The notes beneath the pieces are model-generated. The model ran no database searches and was not told where the DNA came from. It was given only the letters and a program-made list of their open reading frames with translations. Shown one piece after another: positions 8,788 to 20,811 of a DNA stretch of 64,000 nt; the first letter of the stretch is position 1, and every line of letters begins with the position of its first letter. The position numbers and the translations under genes were made by a program. This stretch comes from Dehalococcoidia bacterium (GTDB lineage Bacteria > Chloroflexota > Dehalococcoidia > Lucifugimonadales > UBA2985). The stretch lies in NCBI GenBank assembly GCA_965247535.1, contig OZ252018.1, positions 1,783,813-1,847,812 of the forward strand, written 5' to 3'.

Positions 8788-11073
8788 CTAGCCTGGCTCT
8801 GAAATCCCCAGTGACGAGAGTGTCTCAAGGCAGTCGGGAGGTATCTGCAACCCCTCCTGCACGCCCTGCTGGCACTTCTTTGTGAGGGCCTTTAGTATGT
8901 GCTCGTCCGGGCGCTGTCCTTCGCCGGAATGCGCCGCCAGGTCCGAGAGTGAGCCGCAGGCCTGCTGCACGTGCCAGTAGAACGACAGCAGCCATGCAAG
9001 GTCGCGCTCGTTGGAGGGTGGCGGAATCTCGTCCAGGTCGAAGATCGCGTTGTTGACCCTGGTATAGCGCAGGATGCCGGCCTTGTCCTTCTCGTTGTCG
9101 CCGTAGAAGCGCTTGCGCTTCAGTTCCCGCACGCGCTTGCGGTACTCGTCCTCGCCGTAGATCTCGCGGGGCAGCCACTCGCTGCGAAGGTCCTGCACCT
9201 CGCGGCCATCGCGGTCCACTATGGCAACCGCAACCTTCACGCCAAGAACGGGATCGTGCTCGAACTTCACGGCGTTCCTGAGCACCGCTTCCTGCAGCAT
9301 GAGCGTGATATCCCGAGTGATCTTGCGATACAGCGGCCCGCTGGCTTCCTCGTTGCGCTCAGCGCCAAGCCCGCCGGTGTTGAACATGTAGAACTCCTGG
9401 GCCAGGCCGCCTTCCGAGATGCTGTTCAGGATGGAGTACATGTGGTTGGCGTTCTCGTCCTCCAGGCCGATGATGAACGGATCCGAGAAGTACTCCACGT
9501 ACGGCCTCCCGATTGCCCCGGTGGCCGCGCCGGTCTGGACGGCCTCTCCGTACATGAGAGCGCGGACGTATGTCTCGGCGGTGAGTTTCACCAGCGGAGG
9601 AACCACGGTGTTCTGGCGCATGACGCCCTGCCATAGCAGCCTGTCCGTGACCTCCATTGGCACATGCACCGAGTCGCTCAACCGGCCGTCCGTGAAGGCC
9701 TGGGGCAGGTGTGCCACGCCCTTGCGTGCCAGCAGCCTCGACCGGGACAGGATCATGCGCATGTTGCGGACCGGGTTGTGGAGGAAGTCCGGGACGCCTT
9801 CGTCGTGCTTGAACGGCACGTTCTCCAGGGTCTCCTGCGGGTTGGGCTCCTCGTTTGAGCCTCTCAACACGTCGTAGGTGATGGGGTCTTCTTCCGGGGT
9901 CAGCCCGAACGGGACGGCGTAGAGGTTGTTCTCCGTGCCGTCAATGCCGTAAGAGACGGTCACCTGGCGGCCTCCCCGCTCCACCTCAATCGGGTCATCC
10001 AGGGGCTGCAGCAGGATAATGTCGTCGTTCATCGGGTATATGCCCTCTTCACTGTCCTGCGCCAGATTTAGCAGGGAGGCGAGCCGGCTTTCGTGAAGCT
10101 CGATCATGATGGTGAGAGTGCTCTTGCCGTGGAGAGAGGGGCCGGTGGTGACGAGGGCCGAGTTGGTGATTTCGCCCTGGAGGGTTCGGACGCGGGCCAT
10201 GCTGAGGGCTGCCTGAAGGGCGAGACCGTTGGCCTGCTTCACCTTGAACATAGCGATGGATAGCGGGCCCATCTTGTGCTCGCCCATGTAGTCGAAGCCC
10301 AGGTGGAGCGAGAGTCCCCTGGTGGGCGCCTTGAATATGAGCTGCGTTAGCTCGGCCTCCTCCACGCGGCGCTTGAGGTCGCGCGGCAAGCCAAGGTGTT
10401 CCAGCCACTTGGGAATGGAGACCTCCATTATGTGAGGCTCCTCCTGGAGACCGGCGTCAGTCAGGTCGAAGGTGAGCTGGCGCCACATGTAGGGCAGCTG
10501 GGGGTAGTCGGTCCCGAACAGGAGCTGCCTGGCGTGGAAGGAGCGTCCGGGCGCGTCGCCTATCTGCCGGTCGGTCTGGACTATGGTATCGCCGGAGTCG
10601 AAGCACTCCTTCATGCGCGCCGTGATGTACGGTAGGATCTCGGCGAAGAGGGCCTGGTTTTCCTGGCTGAAGGCCAGGGCGTCACGGTTCCTGTGAAAGC
10701 CGTCGATGAAGTACTGGGTGAGGTCTGGCCGACGTGCCACGCCCAGCTGGCTGAAGAAGCCTACGCCTCCGCTGTCGAGACGTACGACCGTGTCCGGCCA
10801 CGCTCGGATGCCCGCCTTGCCCTCGCCATTGAGCCAGGCGCACTCCTGCGCTACCTGATCGGCCTCCAGGATGAGCTGCTCCTTTTGCTGAGCAGGAAGA
10901 TCCTGAAAGATGCGCATGTGGCTTTTGAGCCACTCGCTGTCTGGATTGAAGAACTGGCTGTCTCTGGAGTGGCCCTTCCTGGCTGTAGCTACCAGGTCGT
11001 CAAGGGCCTTTGAGAATTCGGGGTGCACTGGGGGGCCTTGGAGAGCCGTCCCTATCCCCTGGGTAATTGCCAT
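8788..11073 (-). CDS. PEPCK-fold nucleotide-binding protein of unknown function (resembles DUF4914-type proteins, from memory only)
   Basis: 761 aa. A P-loop-like GPSLHGKSTLT is followed by NDDIILL, GIDGTENNLYAV and TLENVPF..PDFLHNPVRNMRM. This mirrors the kinase-1a / GDDEH / EGGCYAK / ENV..TENTR order of ATP-dependent PEP carboxykinase. Confidence 0.55.
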   Translation of the reverse strand: MAITQGIGTALQGPPVHPEFSKALDDLVATARKGHSRDSQFFNPDSEWLKSHMRIFQDLPAQQKEQLILEADQVAQECAWLNGEGKAGIRAWPDTVVRLDSGGVGFFSQLGVARRPDLTQYFIDGFHRNRDALAFSQENQALFAEILPYITARMKECFDSGDTIVQTDRQIGDAPGRSFHARQLLFGTDYPQLPYMWRQLTFDLTDAGLQEEPHIMEVSIPKWLEHLGLPRDLKRRVEEAELTQLIFKAPTRGLSLHLGFDYMGEHKMGPLSIAMFKVKQANGLALQAALSMARVRTLQGEITNSALVTTGPSLHGKSTLTIMIELHESRLASLLNLAQDSEEGIYPMNDDIILLQPLDDPIEVERGGRQVTVSYGIDGTENNLYAVPFGLTPEEDPITYDVLRGSNEEPNPQETLENVPFKHDEGVPDFLHNPVRNMRMILSRSRLLARKGVAHLPQAFTDGRLSDSVHVPMEVTDRLLWQGVMRQNTVVPPLVKLTAETYVRALMYGEAVQTGAATGAIGRPYVEYFSDPFIIGLEDENANHMYSILNSISEGGLAQEFYMFNTGGLGAERNEEASGPLYRKITRDITLMLQEAVLRNAVKFEHDPVLGVKVAVAIVDRDGREVQDLRSEWLPREIYGEDEYRKRVRELKRKRFYGDNEKDKAGILRYTRVNNAIFDLDEIPPPSNERDLAWLLSFYWHVQQACGSLSDLAAHSGEGQRPDEHILKALTKKCQQGVQEGLQIPPDCLETLSSLGISEPG

Positions 11074-11323
11074 GTTGCCAATCTCTCCTGATCCAAGTGT
11101 GGTCCCATCAAGGGAGGGTATTCCTGGTCCTCAAGGAGGGGCTATCCACGATTGAACCGTGGCAAGGGGCGCGACACAGCCATTCTACACGTAGCGGGGC
11201 CGTTTGGCAACCCAAATGTCACCGCAGCGGCTGTCGGAGAGGGCGTCCGGCTGCACACTCCGGGCGGTGCGCGGCGGGGTACGCGAGTCCTGGGGCCCAC
11301 GCCTGCGAAACGAGAACAAAATT

Positions 11324-11352
11324 TTGACAATCACGCCTAGATTTGGTATGAT
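11324..11352 (+). promoter_or_regulatory. sigma70-type promoter candidate upstream of gyrB
   Basis: TTGACA (11324-11329), a 17-nt spacer ending in TGG, then TATGAT (11347-11352). This would give a leader of about 240 nt before the gyrB ATG. Confidence 0.4.
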
Positions 11353-11417
11353 TGAACACGCAATATTCCAAGGCCTGCGTCGTTTCGGATACCGCATTTA
11401 ACCAGCTCTTGATTTGA

Positions 11418-13526
<2,109 letters not shown>

Positions 13527-13544
13527 CCGCGCTTGGCAGGTCGC

Positions 13545-14336
13545 CTAGCCCCTCACGCCGACAAGCTTCGCCGTGACCATGAGCCGGTGGTCGTACACGT
13601 AGGCGGGCACGCATGCCACCATGGTGATGATGGCATCCGGCGACTCCGTGACGGCGAAGTCCTCCTGGTGTACCACCGAGGTCTGGGTAACCCGGTAAAG
13701 GAACTCCCTGTCCTCCTCGTTTCGCAACACCACGTACACCTTCTCTCCCTTGCGGAGAAGGTCCGGCACTCTCGCCAGGTTGCGGAACACGGAGCCCTCG
13801 CCTCGCACAGGGCTCTGGAGGTGGCCGAAGAGGAACACGTTGCCCATCGTGCCTGGATTGGGCGTCGTTGGTATGTGGCCCACAATGTCCTTGGGCGTCT
13901 CCCAGCCTCGTGCGTCGCCGTAGTTGACGACCCGCAACTCCTTGACCGTGGATGCCAGTCCAATCGATGGAATCTGGATCAGTACCGGCGGGCTGAGTTC
14001 GTCGGGCTGCGCGGGGAGTCCGCTGCCGGCCGGCGAGGTGAACCCTTCAAGCACCGAAGAGTACCCTTCGTAGTCCACGTCCGCCCACCGCGGGTCCGTC
14101 CATGCCAGCGCAGGGACGAAGTTGCCCGGGAATATCGACGAGTACTGCCCGGATCGGTCCGGGTCAACCTCGCCCGCGTAGTAGTTGAGGTTGACCAGCT
14201 GGGACCGCGCCACCTGCGAGTACACGAAGTACCCGGCTACGATGGCCAGAATCGCTGCACCCAGCGCTAACAGGGCCGTGGGGACCCATCGGCGCCTGAC
14301 CGCGACGCGGGGCGTCAGTGAAGCTGCGTCATCCAC
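13545..14336 (-). CDS. sortase family transpeptidase (class E-like)
   Basis: An N-terminal TM anchor, then NVFLFGHL..GSVFRNL, and the catalytic-Cys region IITMVACVP (TLxTC-like). Confidence 0.8.
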   Translation of the reverse strand: MDDAASLTPRVAVRRRWVPTALLALGAAILAIVAGYFVYSQVARSQLVNLNYYAGEVDPDRSGQYSSIFPGNFVPALAWTDPRWADVDYEGYSSVLEGFTSPAGSGLPAQPDELSPPVLIQIPSIGLASTVKELRVVNYGDARGWETPKDIVGHIPTTPNPGTMGNVFLFGHLQSPVRGEGSVFRNLARVPDLLRKGEKVYVVLRNEEDREFLYRVTQTSVVHQEDFAVTESPDAIITMVACVPAYVYDHRLMVTAKLVGVRG

Positions 14337-14365
14337 GGCTTATGCTCCCTAGCCCAGCCTGGCCC

Positions 14366-15823
14366 CTAACCGCCACGCTCCGCCTCCTCGATCGAGCGCA
14401 GCGACGACCGCGCCTTGTGCAGCGTTTCCTCGTATTCGCTGGCCGGCACGCTGTCCGCCACGACTCCGCCGCCTGCCTGTATATACGCCACGCCATCCTT
14501 GATCACCATCGTGCGAATGGTGATGGCCGTGTCCATGTTTCCGTTGAAGCTGAAGTAGCCCACGGCCCCGCCGTACGGGCCTCGCCGTTCGCCCTCCTGC
14601 TCCGATATAATCTCCATTGCGCGTATCTTGGGCGCGCCCGAGAGCGTTCCCGCCGGCAGGCAGGAGCGCAGCGCGTCGTAGATGGTGCGGTCGTCACGCA
14701 GCCTGCCGCGCACCTCCGACTCGAGGTGCATCACGTGCGAGTAGCGCACGACCCGCATGAGGTCCGTCACCTCGACCGTGCCCGGCTGCGACACGCGCCC
14801 GACGTCGTTGCGGCCCAGGTCCACGAGCATGATGTGCTCGGCGCGCTCCTTTTCGTCGGCGCGCAGCTCCGCGGCTAGCGCCTCGTCCTGCTCAGCAGAG
14901 GCGCCGCGAGGACGCGTGCCGGCCAGTGGGAAGTTGTAGACCAGCCCGTCCTCGACGCGAACCAGCAGCTCCGGCGAGGCGCCGACGATGGAGAAGCCGT
15001 CCAGCGAGAGGTAGTACATGTACGGCGATGGGTTTAGCGCCCGCAACGCCCTGTACACGTCCAGCGGCGCTGCCTGCGTGGGCCTGGCCAGGCGTTGAGA
15101 TGGCACCGCCTGTATGATGTCGCCGGCGAAGATGTACTCCTTGATTTGCTCCACCATTGCCTCGTATCGCTCGCGCGTCATGTTGGACGTGTACGATGGC
15201 GAGTCCCCCGGGGCCTCGTCCAGGCGGGCGCGCCGCTCCACCGTGAGGGGGCTGTCGAGCATAGCAGCTAGCTGCTCGATGCGTTCGACCGCGTCGGCGT
15301 AGGCCGTCTCCAAGCTGCCGCCGTCGAGACGCACGTGGCTGACCACCTTGATCTTGTGTCGCACGTGGTCGAACACCAGAAGCGTGTCGACGAACATGAA
15401 CACGGACTCCGGCAGGCCCAGAGGATCGTTTGGGGGAGGAGGCAGCGGCTCGTAGTAGCGGACCGCGTCGTACGCGACGTAGCCGACGGCGCCGCCGTGG
15501 AAGCGCGGCAGGCCCGGAATCGAGACCAGCGTGTGCCGCCCGAGCTCCTCTTCGACGAGCCTGAGGGGGTCTACCTCGCCGTGCGCCCGGCCCGGCCCGG
15601 TCGTCACAATCCTGTAGGGGCTCGCGCCAATGAAGCTGTATCGCGCTAGCTGCTCTCCGCCCTCGACGCTCTCCAGGAGGAATGCGTAGGGGCCCTGCGC
15701 GATCTTGAGGTACGCCGACACCGGCGTCTCCAGGTCCGCGTTGATCTCGCGATACACGGGGATCAGGTTGCCGTGCCTGGACAACTCTCGGACCTCTTCC
15801 AACGATGGATAACAAGTGCTCAT
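14366..15823 (-). CDS. trpE: anthranilate synthase component I
   Basis: 485 aa. TrpE motifs include LLESVEGGE, GDIIQAVPSQR, GTLSGAPKIRAMEII and GGAVGYF. Confidence 0.93.
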   Translation of the reverse strand: MSTCYPSLEEVRELSRHGNLIPVYREINADLETPVSAYLKIAQGPYAFLLESVEGGEQLARYSFIGASPYRIVTTGPGRAHGEVDPLRLVEEELGRHTLVSIPGLPRFHGGAVGYVAYDAVRYYEPLPPPPNDPLGLPESVFMFVDTLLVFDHVRHKIKVVSHVRLDGGSLETAYADAVERIEQLAAMLDSPLTVERRARLDEAPGDSPSYTSNMTRERYEAMVEQIKEYIFAGDIIQAVPSQRLARPTQAAPLDVYRALRALNPSPYMYYLSLDGFSIVGASPELLVRVEDGLVYNFPLAGTRPRGASAEQDEALAAELRADEKERAEHIMLVDLGRNDVGRVSQPGTVEVTDLMRVVRYSHVMHLESEVRGRLRDDRTIYDALRSCLPAGTLSGAPKIRAMEIISEQEGERRGPYGGAVGYFSFNGNMDTAITIRTMVIKDGVAYIQAGGGVVADSVPASEYEETLHKARSSLRSIEEAERGG

Positions 15824-15858
15824 GCTGATTTCACCTTGAAGATTTCGGCGCCCATTGA

Positions 15859-16863
15859 TTATACATATTGACTAATTCGCATTGAGTCGCGTACCTCGGT
15901 CATTGTGGACATTGCCAAGGCTCTAGCACGCTCGGTTCCCTCCAACAGGGCGTCCCTTACCACATTTGGATTCCTCTCATAATAATCGCGGTTCTCCCGA
16001 ATCGGCTCTAGGAATTCGTTGAGAGCACCTGCGAGCTTGCGCTTCACTTCCACGTCCCCAACCCTCCCGGCCAGATAGCGCTCCTTCAACTCTTCTACTT
16101 CATCGGCGTCTGGATTGAATGTGTCGTGATAGATGAATACGGGGTTACCTTCCACGTGACCTGGGTCCGAGGCGTGGATGCGAGTTGGGTCGGTGTACAT
16201 GTCCATGACCTTCCGGTTGACCATCTCCTCGTCGTCGCTCAGGTAGATGCAATTGCCTATGCTCTTGCTCATCTTTGCTTTGCCGTCAGTTCCAATCAGG
16301 CGAGACGCTTGGCCCACTAGCGATTGTGGCTCGGGAAACACCTGTCCGTAGTTCCGGTTGAACCTCCTGGCTATCTCCCGTGTTAACTCAATGTGAGGCA
16401 GTTGGTCGTCTCCCGTTGGCACAAGATGTGCCTTGGGCAATAGTATGTCAGCAACCTGGCTCACCGGGTAGTTGTAGAATCCCACCGACGGACCCCTGTT
16501 GCCCAGCTCCTGAAGCTCGTTCTTGAGTGTGGGGTTGCGCTGCAACATGCCCAGCGGCGTGATCATTGAAAGAAGCATCGTCAACTCGGCATGCTCCGGT
16601 ATGTAGCTCTGGATACAGAATGTGCTCCTTTGGGGATCCAGGCCTACTGCCAGCCAGTCCAACGTCACGTCGAGAACCGACCGCCGGATACCGTCGATGT
16701 CCTCAACGTGGTCTCCAAGGGCCTGATAGTCAGCTATCAGGAAGACGCAGTCGTACTCCTCTTGCAGGCGAACCCAGTTCTCCAGAGCTCCAGCGTAGTG
16801 GCCCAGATGCAGAGCTCCGGTAGGACGAATGCCCGTCAGAATCCGCCGACTTGGTGCGATCAT
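15859..16863 (-). CDS. trpS: tryptophan--tRNA ligase
   Basis: 334 aa. Class I HIGH-type motif TGALHLGHY and a KMSKS motif (KMSKS present verbatim). Confidence 0.95.
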   Translation of the reverse strand: MIAPSRRILTGIRPTGALHLGHYAGALENWVRLQEEYDCVFLIADYQALGDHVEDIDGIRRSVLDVTLDWLAVGLDPQRSTFCIQSYIPEHAELTMLLSMITPLGMLQRNPTLKNELQELGNRGPSVGFYNYPVSQVADILLPKAHLVPTGDDQLPHIELTREIARRFNRNYGQVFPEPQSLVGQASRLIGTDGKAKMSKSIGNCIYLSDDEEMVNRKVMDMYTDPTRIHASDPGHVEGNPVFIYHDTFNPDADEVEELKERYLAGRVGDVEVKRKLAGALNEFLEPIRENRDYYERNPNVVRDALLEGTERARALAMSTMTEVRDSMRISQYV

Positions 16864-16909
16864 CCCCGGAAATGGCTCCCTTCGTCTATGAATCTGAGGC
16901 CTTCGGATT

Positions 16910-17200
16910 GTCTCGAAAACGAAAAGCCCCGCCCTTCAAGGGGCGGGGCTGATCCGCGGTGCCACCCTTATTGCGAGAGTGGGGCACTCAGTACCCGCAT
17001 CTCTCGTATCTCGTCCGAGCCGTTCGAAGTCGGCTCGTGAGCCTGTAACGGGACTCTCCCGGCTCGGCCTACGACCCCTGCGATGGGGCCTTCGGCGTGC
17101 GGCTCCCGGGCCCATTCGACCTCTGCGCAGGCGCCGGCTCGCACCTTCCCCGGCTCTCTGAGCCCCGCTTGAGGCGTACTATTCCCGTTGCAGCCTTTGG
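16910..17200 (-). promoter_or_regulatory. T-box riboswitch leader, Trp (UGG) specifier, with intrinsic terminator
   Basis: On the minus strand: AG bulge CAGAGAG, distal loop GGTGCGA, and specifier loop GAA-UGG-G (UGG at 17114..17112). The T-box sequence is AAGGGTGGCACCGCGG (16970..16954). The terminator AGCCCCGCCC/GGGCGGGGCT (16950..16925) is followed by TTTTCGTTTTCG. Confidence 0.85.
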
Positions 17201-17325
17201 CTATGCGAAATGTCCGCGGAGTATAGGCGCGGCTGCGGCGGAGTGTCAAGCTGCTCCACCCCTACCCCGTGCTCCAGCGCCCTGATATAATGAGGCCAAT
17301 CAGCCGAGCAGACCCCTCGGCCGGC

Positions 17326-17400
17326 GCGGGAGTAGCTCAGCGGTAGAGCTCCGCCCTTCCAAGGCGGACGTCGTGGGTTCGAATCCCATCTCCCGCTCCA
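17326..17400 (+). tRNA. tRNA-Gly (anticodon UCC), CCA encoded
   Basis: Manual cloverleaf: acceptor GCGGGAG/CTCCCGC, anticodon stem CCGCC/GGCGG with loop CTTCCAA, T arm GTGGG-TTCGAAT-CCCAT, and a 3' TCCA. Confidence 0.95.
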
Positions 17401-17436
17401 CTCCCAACCAGCCTGCCCCTCCGCGCAAGGAGCCTC

Positions 17437-18150
17437 ATGCCGTCCCCCAAGCGAACCACACGCGCCGCGTCGCCCAGGAGCGACGGCGATCACACTCCAG
17501 CCATCACCTCCCGCGACGCGCTTCTGATGCTGGAGGCCGAGCAGGGCCCCGTCGAGTGGGAACCGCGGTTCGACGCAGTATCAGAGCTGGTCTTCACCAT
17601 CCTCTCGCAGCACAACTCGGACGTGAACGCGCTGCGGGCATACGACAGCCTCAGCGACGCGTTCGGCTCCTGGGAGCACGTGGCAGACGCTGACCCCGAC
17701 GACATCGCACGCATCATCTGGAACGGCGGCCTGTCCAGGATCAAGGCGCCGCGGATAAAGGCCGTGCTGCAGGACATTCGGGAGCGTCGCGGGTCGCTGG
17801 ACCTGGACTTCCTGGGCGATATGCCCCTGGAGGACGCCAAGCAGTGGCTGCGACAACTCCCGGGGGTCGGTCCCAAGACGGCGGCCATCGTGCTGTCGTT
17901 TGCGCTGGGGATGCCGGCGATGCCCGTGGACACGCACATCCACCGCGTGAGCCGCCGCCTCGGCCTGATCGGACCCAAGGTGACGGCCGATCAGGCCCAC
18001 GACATCCTGGAGTCGTCCGTTTCACCGGAGCAGGTGTTTGCGTTCCACGTGCACCTGATTGCCCACGGCCGTCAGGTGTGCCGGGCGCGCCGGCCGCTGT
18101 GCGAGAGGTGCGTGCTGAGCAAGGACTGTCCGTCTGCATTCAAGGTATGA
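17437..18150 (+). CDS. nth: endonuclease III (HhH-GPD DNA glycosylase with 4Fe-4S cluster)
   Basis: HhH region LPGVGPKTAAIVLSFALG, a downstream catalytic VDTH, and the C-terminal Cys cluster CRARRPLCERCVLSKDC. Confidence 0.9.
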   Translation: MPSPKRTTRAASPRSDGDHTPAITSRDALLMLEAEQGPVEWEPRFDAVSELVFTILSQHNSDVNALRAYDSLSDAFGSWEHVADADPDDIARIIWNGGLSRIKAPRIKAVLQDIRERRGSLDLDFLGDMPLEDAKQWLRQLPGVGPKTAAIVLSFALGMPAMPVDTHIHRVSRRLGLIGPKVTADQAHDILESSVSPEQVFAFHVHLIAHGRQVCRARRPLCERCVLSKDCPSAFKV

Positions 18151-18226
18151 TGTCGGGCGGCGCAGCGGCCGTACCTGGGCACGCCAGGGGCATTCTCTAT
18201 GGGTATTGGTTATGCCGCACGCCATC

Positions 18227-18317
18227 GCTCATACTGAGCTTGTCGAAGTAACTGAGTGGTGGCAGTTACGCCCACAGTCTTTCCGCTCAAATGGTTCGAC
18301 GTGCTCACCATGAGCGG
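18227..18317. repeat. REP-like palindromic units (two copies)
   Basis: cgctcatactgagcttgtcgaag (18227-18249) and ccgctcaaatggttcgacgtgctcaccatgagcgg (18283-18317). The latter has 7-bp terminal inverted repeats ccgctca/tgagcgg. Related units occur near 31.1, 33.2 and 35.4 kb. Confidence 0.6.
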
Positions 18318-18445
18318 GATGGAAGTGTTGCTACAACCTCCGCTGCATTGCCGATACATGTTGAGAATACCTCGCCCGTCTCGTCCGCTTGCCCCGGAGT
18401 CGCACAAGGCCTTATACTGTACCTCTGCGACCGAACGGAGGAGAC

Positions 18446-19483
18446 ATGAAGAAAGCTGCAATCATCAACGTAACGGGCTACTCCGGCATAGAACTGGCCC
18501 GCATTCTGCACCGCCACCCGGAGGTGGAGCTTACGCAGGTGACGGGTCGGAGCGCCGTGGGCCAGAAGCTCGGCGAGGCATTTCCTCACCTGTCGGACAT
18601 CGACCTTGAGATAGAGCCGGAGGTCAGCGAGAGCGTGGACGTTGTGTTCTCCGCCCTGCCGCAGACGGCCAGCGCGGAGGCGCTCATTCCGCTGGTGGAG
18701 CAGGGCGTGAAGTCGATCGACATCAGCGCCGACTTCCGCCTGAAGGACGCCTCCGAGTACGAGGAGTGGTACGGCGTGGCCCACGCCCGGCCGCAGCTCC
18801 TCGAGGAGTCCGTGTACGGCCTGACGGAGCTCAACCGCAGCGACGTTCGCTCGGCCACGCTTGTGGCCAATCCCGGCTGCTATCCCACCGGCGCGATCCT
18901 AGCACTCGCGCCCGCCGTTCGCGAGGGTCTCATACACGAGGACATCATCATCGACGCCAAGTCCGGAGTGTCGGGAGCGGGCCGCGGCCTGAGCCTGACC
19001 ACCCACTTCTCCGAGGTGAACGAGAACGTCTCCGCCTATGCGGTGAGCGGGCATCGTCACATGCCCGAGATAACGCAGGAGTTGCGACGCTACGGTGGCG
19101 GCTTCCAGCCCAGGATCACATTCCTGCCGCACCTGATTCCAATGACACGCGGCATCCTGGACTCCTGCTACGCAACTCTGAAGGACGGCGCCATCGCACC
19201 CGGGCCGGAGGGCATCAAGGAGCTGAGGGCGCTCTACGAGAGCTTCTACCGCGACGAGCCGTTCGTTCAGGTGGTCGGGTCGTCGCCCATGACCAAGCAC
19301 ACGCTGGGCAACAACAACTGCGTGATCTACCCCACCGTGGACATCCGCACAAACCGGCTCATGGTAATCAGCTGCCTGGACAACCTGGTGAAGGGAGCCG
19401 CCGGGCAGGCCATCCAGAACATGAACCTGATGCTGGGGCTGAAGGAAACCGAGGGGCTGGCGCAGCTGGCGCTCTATCCCTAG
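18446..19483 (+). CDS. argC: N-acetyl-gamma-glutamyl-phosphate reductase
   Basis: ATG at 18446 gives MKKAAIINVTGYSGIELARIL. Active-site region VANPGCYPTG. 345 aa. Confidence 0.95.
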   Translation: MKKAAIINVTGYSGIELARILHRHPEVELTQVTGRSAVGQKLGEAFPHLSDIDLEIEPEVSESVDVVFSALPQTASAEALIPLVEQGVKSIDISADFRLKDASEYEEWYGVAHARPQLLEESVYGLTELNRSDVRSATLVANPGCYPTGAILALAPAVREGLIHEDIIIDAKSGVSGAGRGLSLTTHFSEVNENVSAYAVSGHRHMPEITQELRRYGGGFQPRITFLPHLIPMTRGILDSCYATLKDGAIAPGPEGIKELRALYESFYRDEPFVQVVGSSPMTKHTLGNNNCVIYPTVDIRTNRLMVISCLDNLVKGAAGQAIQNMNLMLGLKETEGLAQLALYP

Positions 19484-19544
19484 CCTCACATTGCGGCCGC
19501 CGCCACGCACCGGCCCAGCGGGCAGCCGAGTCGAAGCCTACCGT

Positions 19545-19620
19545 GCCCTCATCGTCTAGCCCGGCCTAGGACGCCACCCTTTCAAGGTGGAGATCAGGGG
19601 TTCGAATCCCCTTGAGGGCA
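19545..19620 (+). tRNA. tRNA-Glu (anticodon UUC), no encoded CCA
   Basis: Acceptor GCCCTCA/TGAGGGC, D arm GTCT..AGGAC, anticodon stem CCACC/GGTGG with loop CTTTCAA, and T arm AGGGG-TTCGAAT-CCCCT. Confidence 0.93.
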
Positions 19621-19645
19621 CTTTCAATCAACGCATTGGCCCCGT

Positions 19646-20623
19646 CTAGTCGTCCGGCGGGACCAGGGACTCCGGCTCCTCACCGCTCGCCACCCTGGAC
19701 GTGTTGTACACGGCGAAAGCCCGGCTCCGCTCGTTCGACTCTATTGCGAAGGCGGCCAGGTGCGGCGTGATGAGCACGTTGTCGAACTGGAACAGCGGAT
19801 TGTCCGGCGGCGTGGGCTCCTCCTCCGTGACGTCCAGCGCGGCAACGGCAATCTTCTTGTCGCGGATTGCGCGGAACAGCGCCTCCTCGTCCACCACGGG
19901 ACCGCGGCAGGCGTTGACGAGCAGCGCGGTCGGCTTCATCATGTCGAACTCACGGTCGCTGATCATGTGGCGCGTGTTGCGGTTTAGGGGCACGTGCAGG
20001 GAGACGATGTCCGAGGTGGCGAGCAGGTCGTCCAGTGAGATGCGCGTGAGATGAAGCTCCTCCTCCAGCGCGGGGTCGATCTCGATGATGTCGCTGTAGA
20101 CGAGTTCGACCTCCCAGCCCTGGAGGCGCCGCGCGAGCCGTGCGCCGATCCGGCCGAGTCCCACGATGCCCACGGTCTTGCCGGCTATCTCGTACGCCTG
20201 CGACATCCAGTTGGCGCGGACGTCGCCGGCCCACCTGCCCTCCTTCGCGGAGTTGAACTGGAGCTGGAACTTTCGGAAGGCGCTCACCATCAGGGCTATG
20301 GTGTGCTCCGCCACGGCGATGGCGTTGCCGCCGCCGTTGTTGGCGACTCGAATGCCCAGCTCGCCCAAAGCCACCTTGTCGATCATATTGGTGCCAGCGC
20401 TGACGGTCTGCACCAGGCGGACGGAGGGGGTCAGCTGCGCAAGCTCGACGGGGTAGCGCGAGGGCGTGGGTATCACGGCGACAATGCCGCGAAGGTCCTC
20501 GGCCTGCTTCTCCACAGGCTGGCTGGAGTCGACCCACACGATCTCCTCTCCACCGGCGCTTAATCTTTCGAAGTGCTCCATCTGGTCCTGATTGGGAGCG
20601 AGATATGCGATCCTGGCGGTCAT
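19646..20623 (-). CDS. D-isomer-specific 2-hydroxyacid dehydrogenase family protein
   Basis: ATG at 20623 is preceded by GGAGGTGGAC. NAD-binding GIVGLGRIGARLARRL, plus the NACRGPVVDE and PHLAA motifs of this family. Confidence 0.85.
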   Translation of the reverse strand: MTARIAYLAPNQDQMEHFERLSAGGEEIVWVDSSQPVEKQAEDLRGIVAVIPTPSRYPVELAQLTPSVRLVQTVSAGTNMIDKVALGELGIRVANNGGGNAIAVAEHTIALMVSAFRKFQLQFNSAKEGRWAGDVRANWMSQAYEIAGKTVGIVGLGRIGARLARRLQGWEVELVYSDIIEIDPALEEELHLTRISLDDLLATSDIVSLHVPLNRNTRHMISDREFDMMKPTALLVNACRGPVVDEEALFRAIRDKKIAVAALDVTEEEPTPPDNPLFQFDNVLITPHLAAFAIESNERSRAFAVYNTSRVASGEEPESLVPPDD

Positions 20624-20811
20624 GTCCACCTCCTTGAGTCGATGCGGTGTGCTGCTGGGATCGGGCAGCATGATTATATGTTGCGAGTGTGCATTGGGGC
20701 AAGGAATGGGGGAGGAAGCGTTTGGGCCGATGAATTCCGCACTCGACAGGAGTATACTGGCGCGAAGGCCGCCCACGGCTTGATGGCCGGGCCAGTCTGA
20801 ATCGATTCCAC

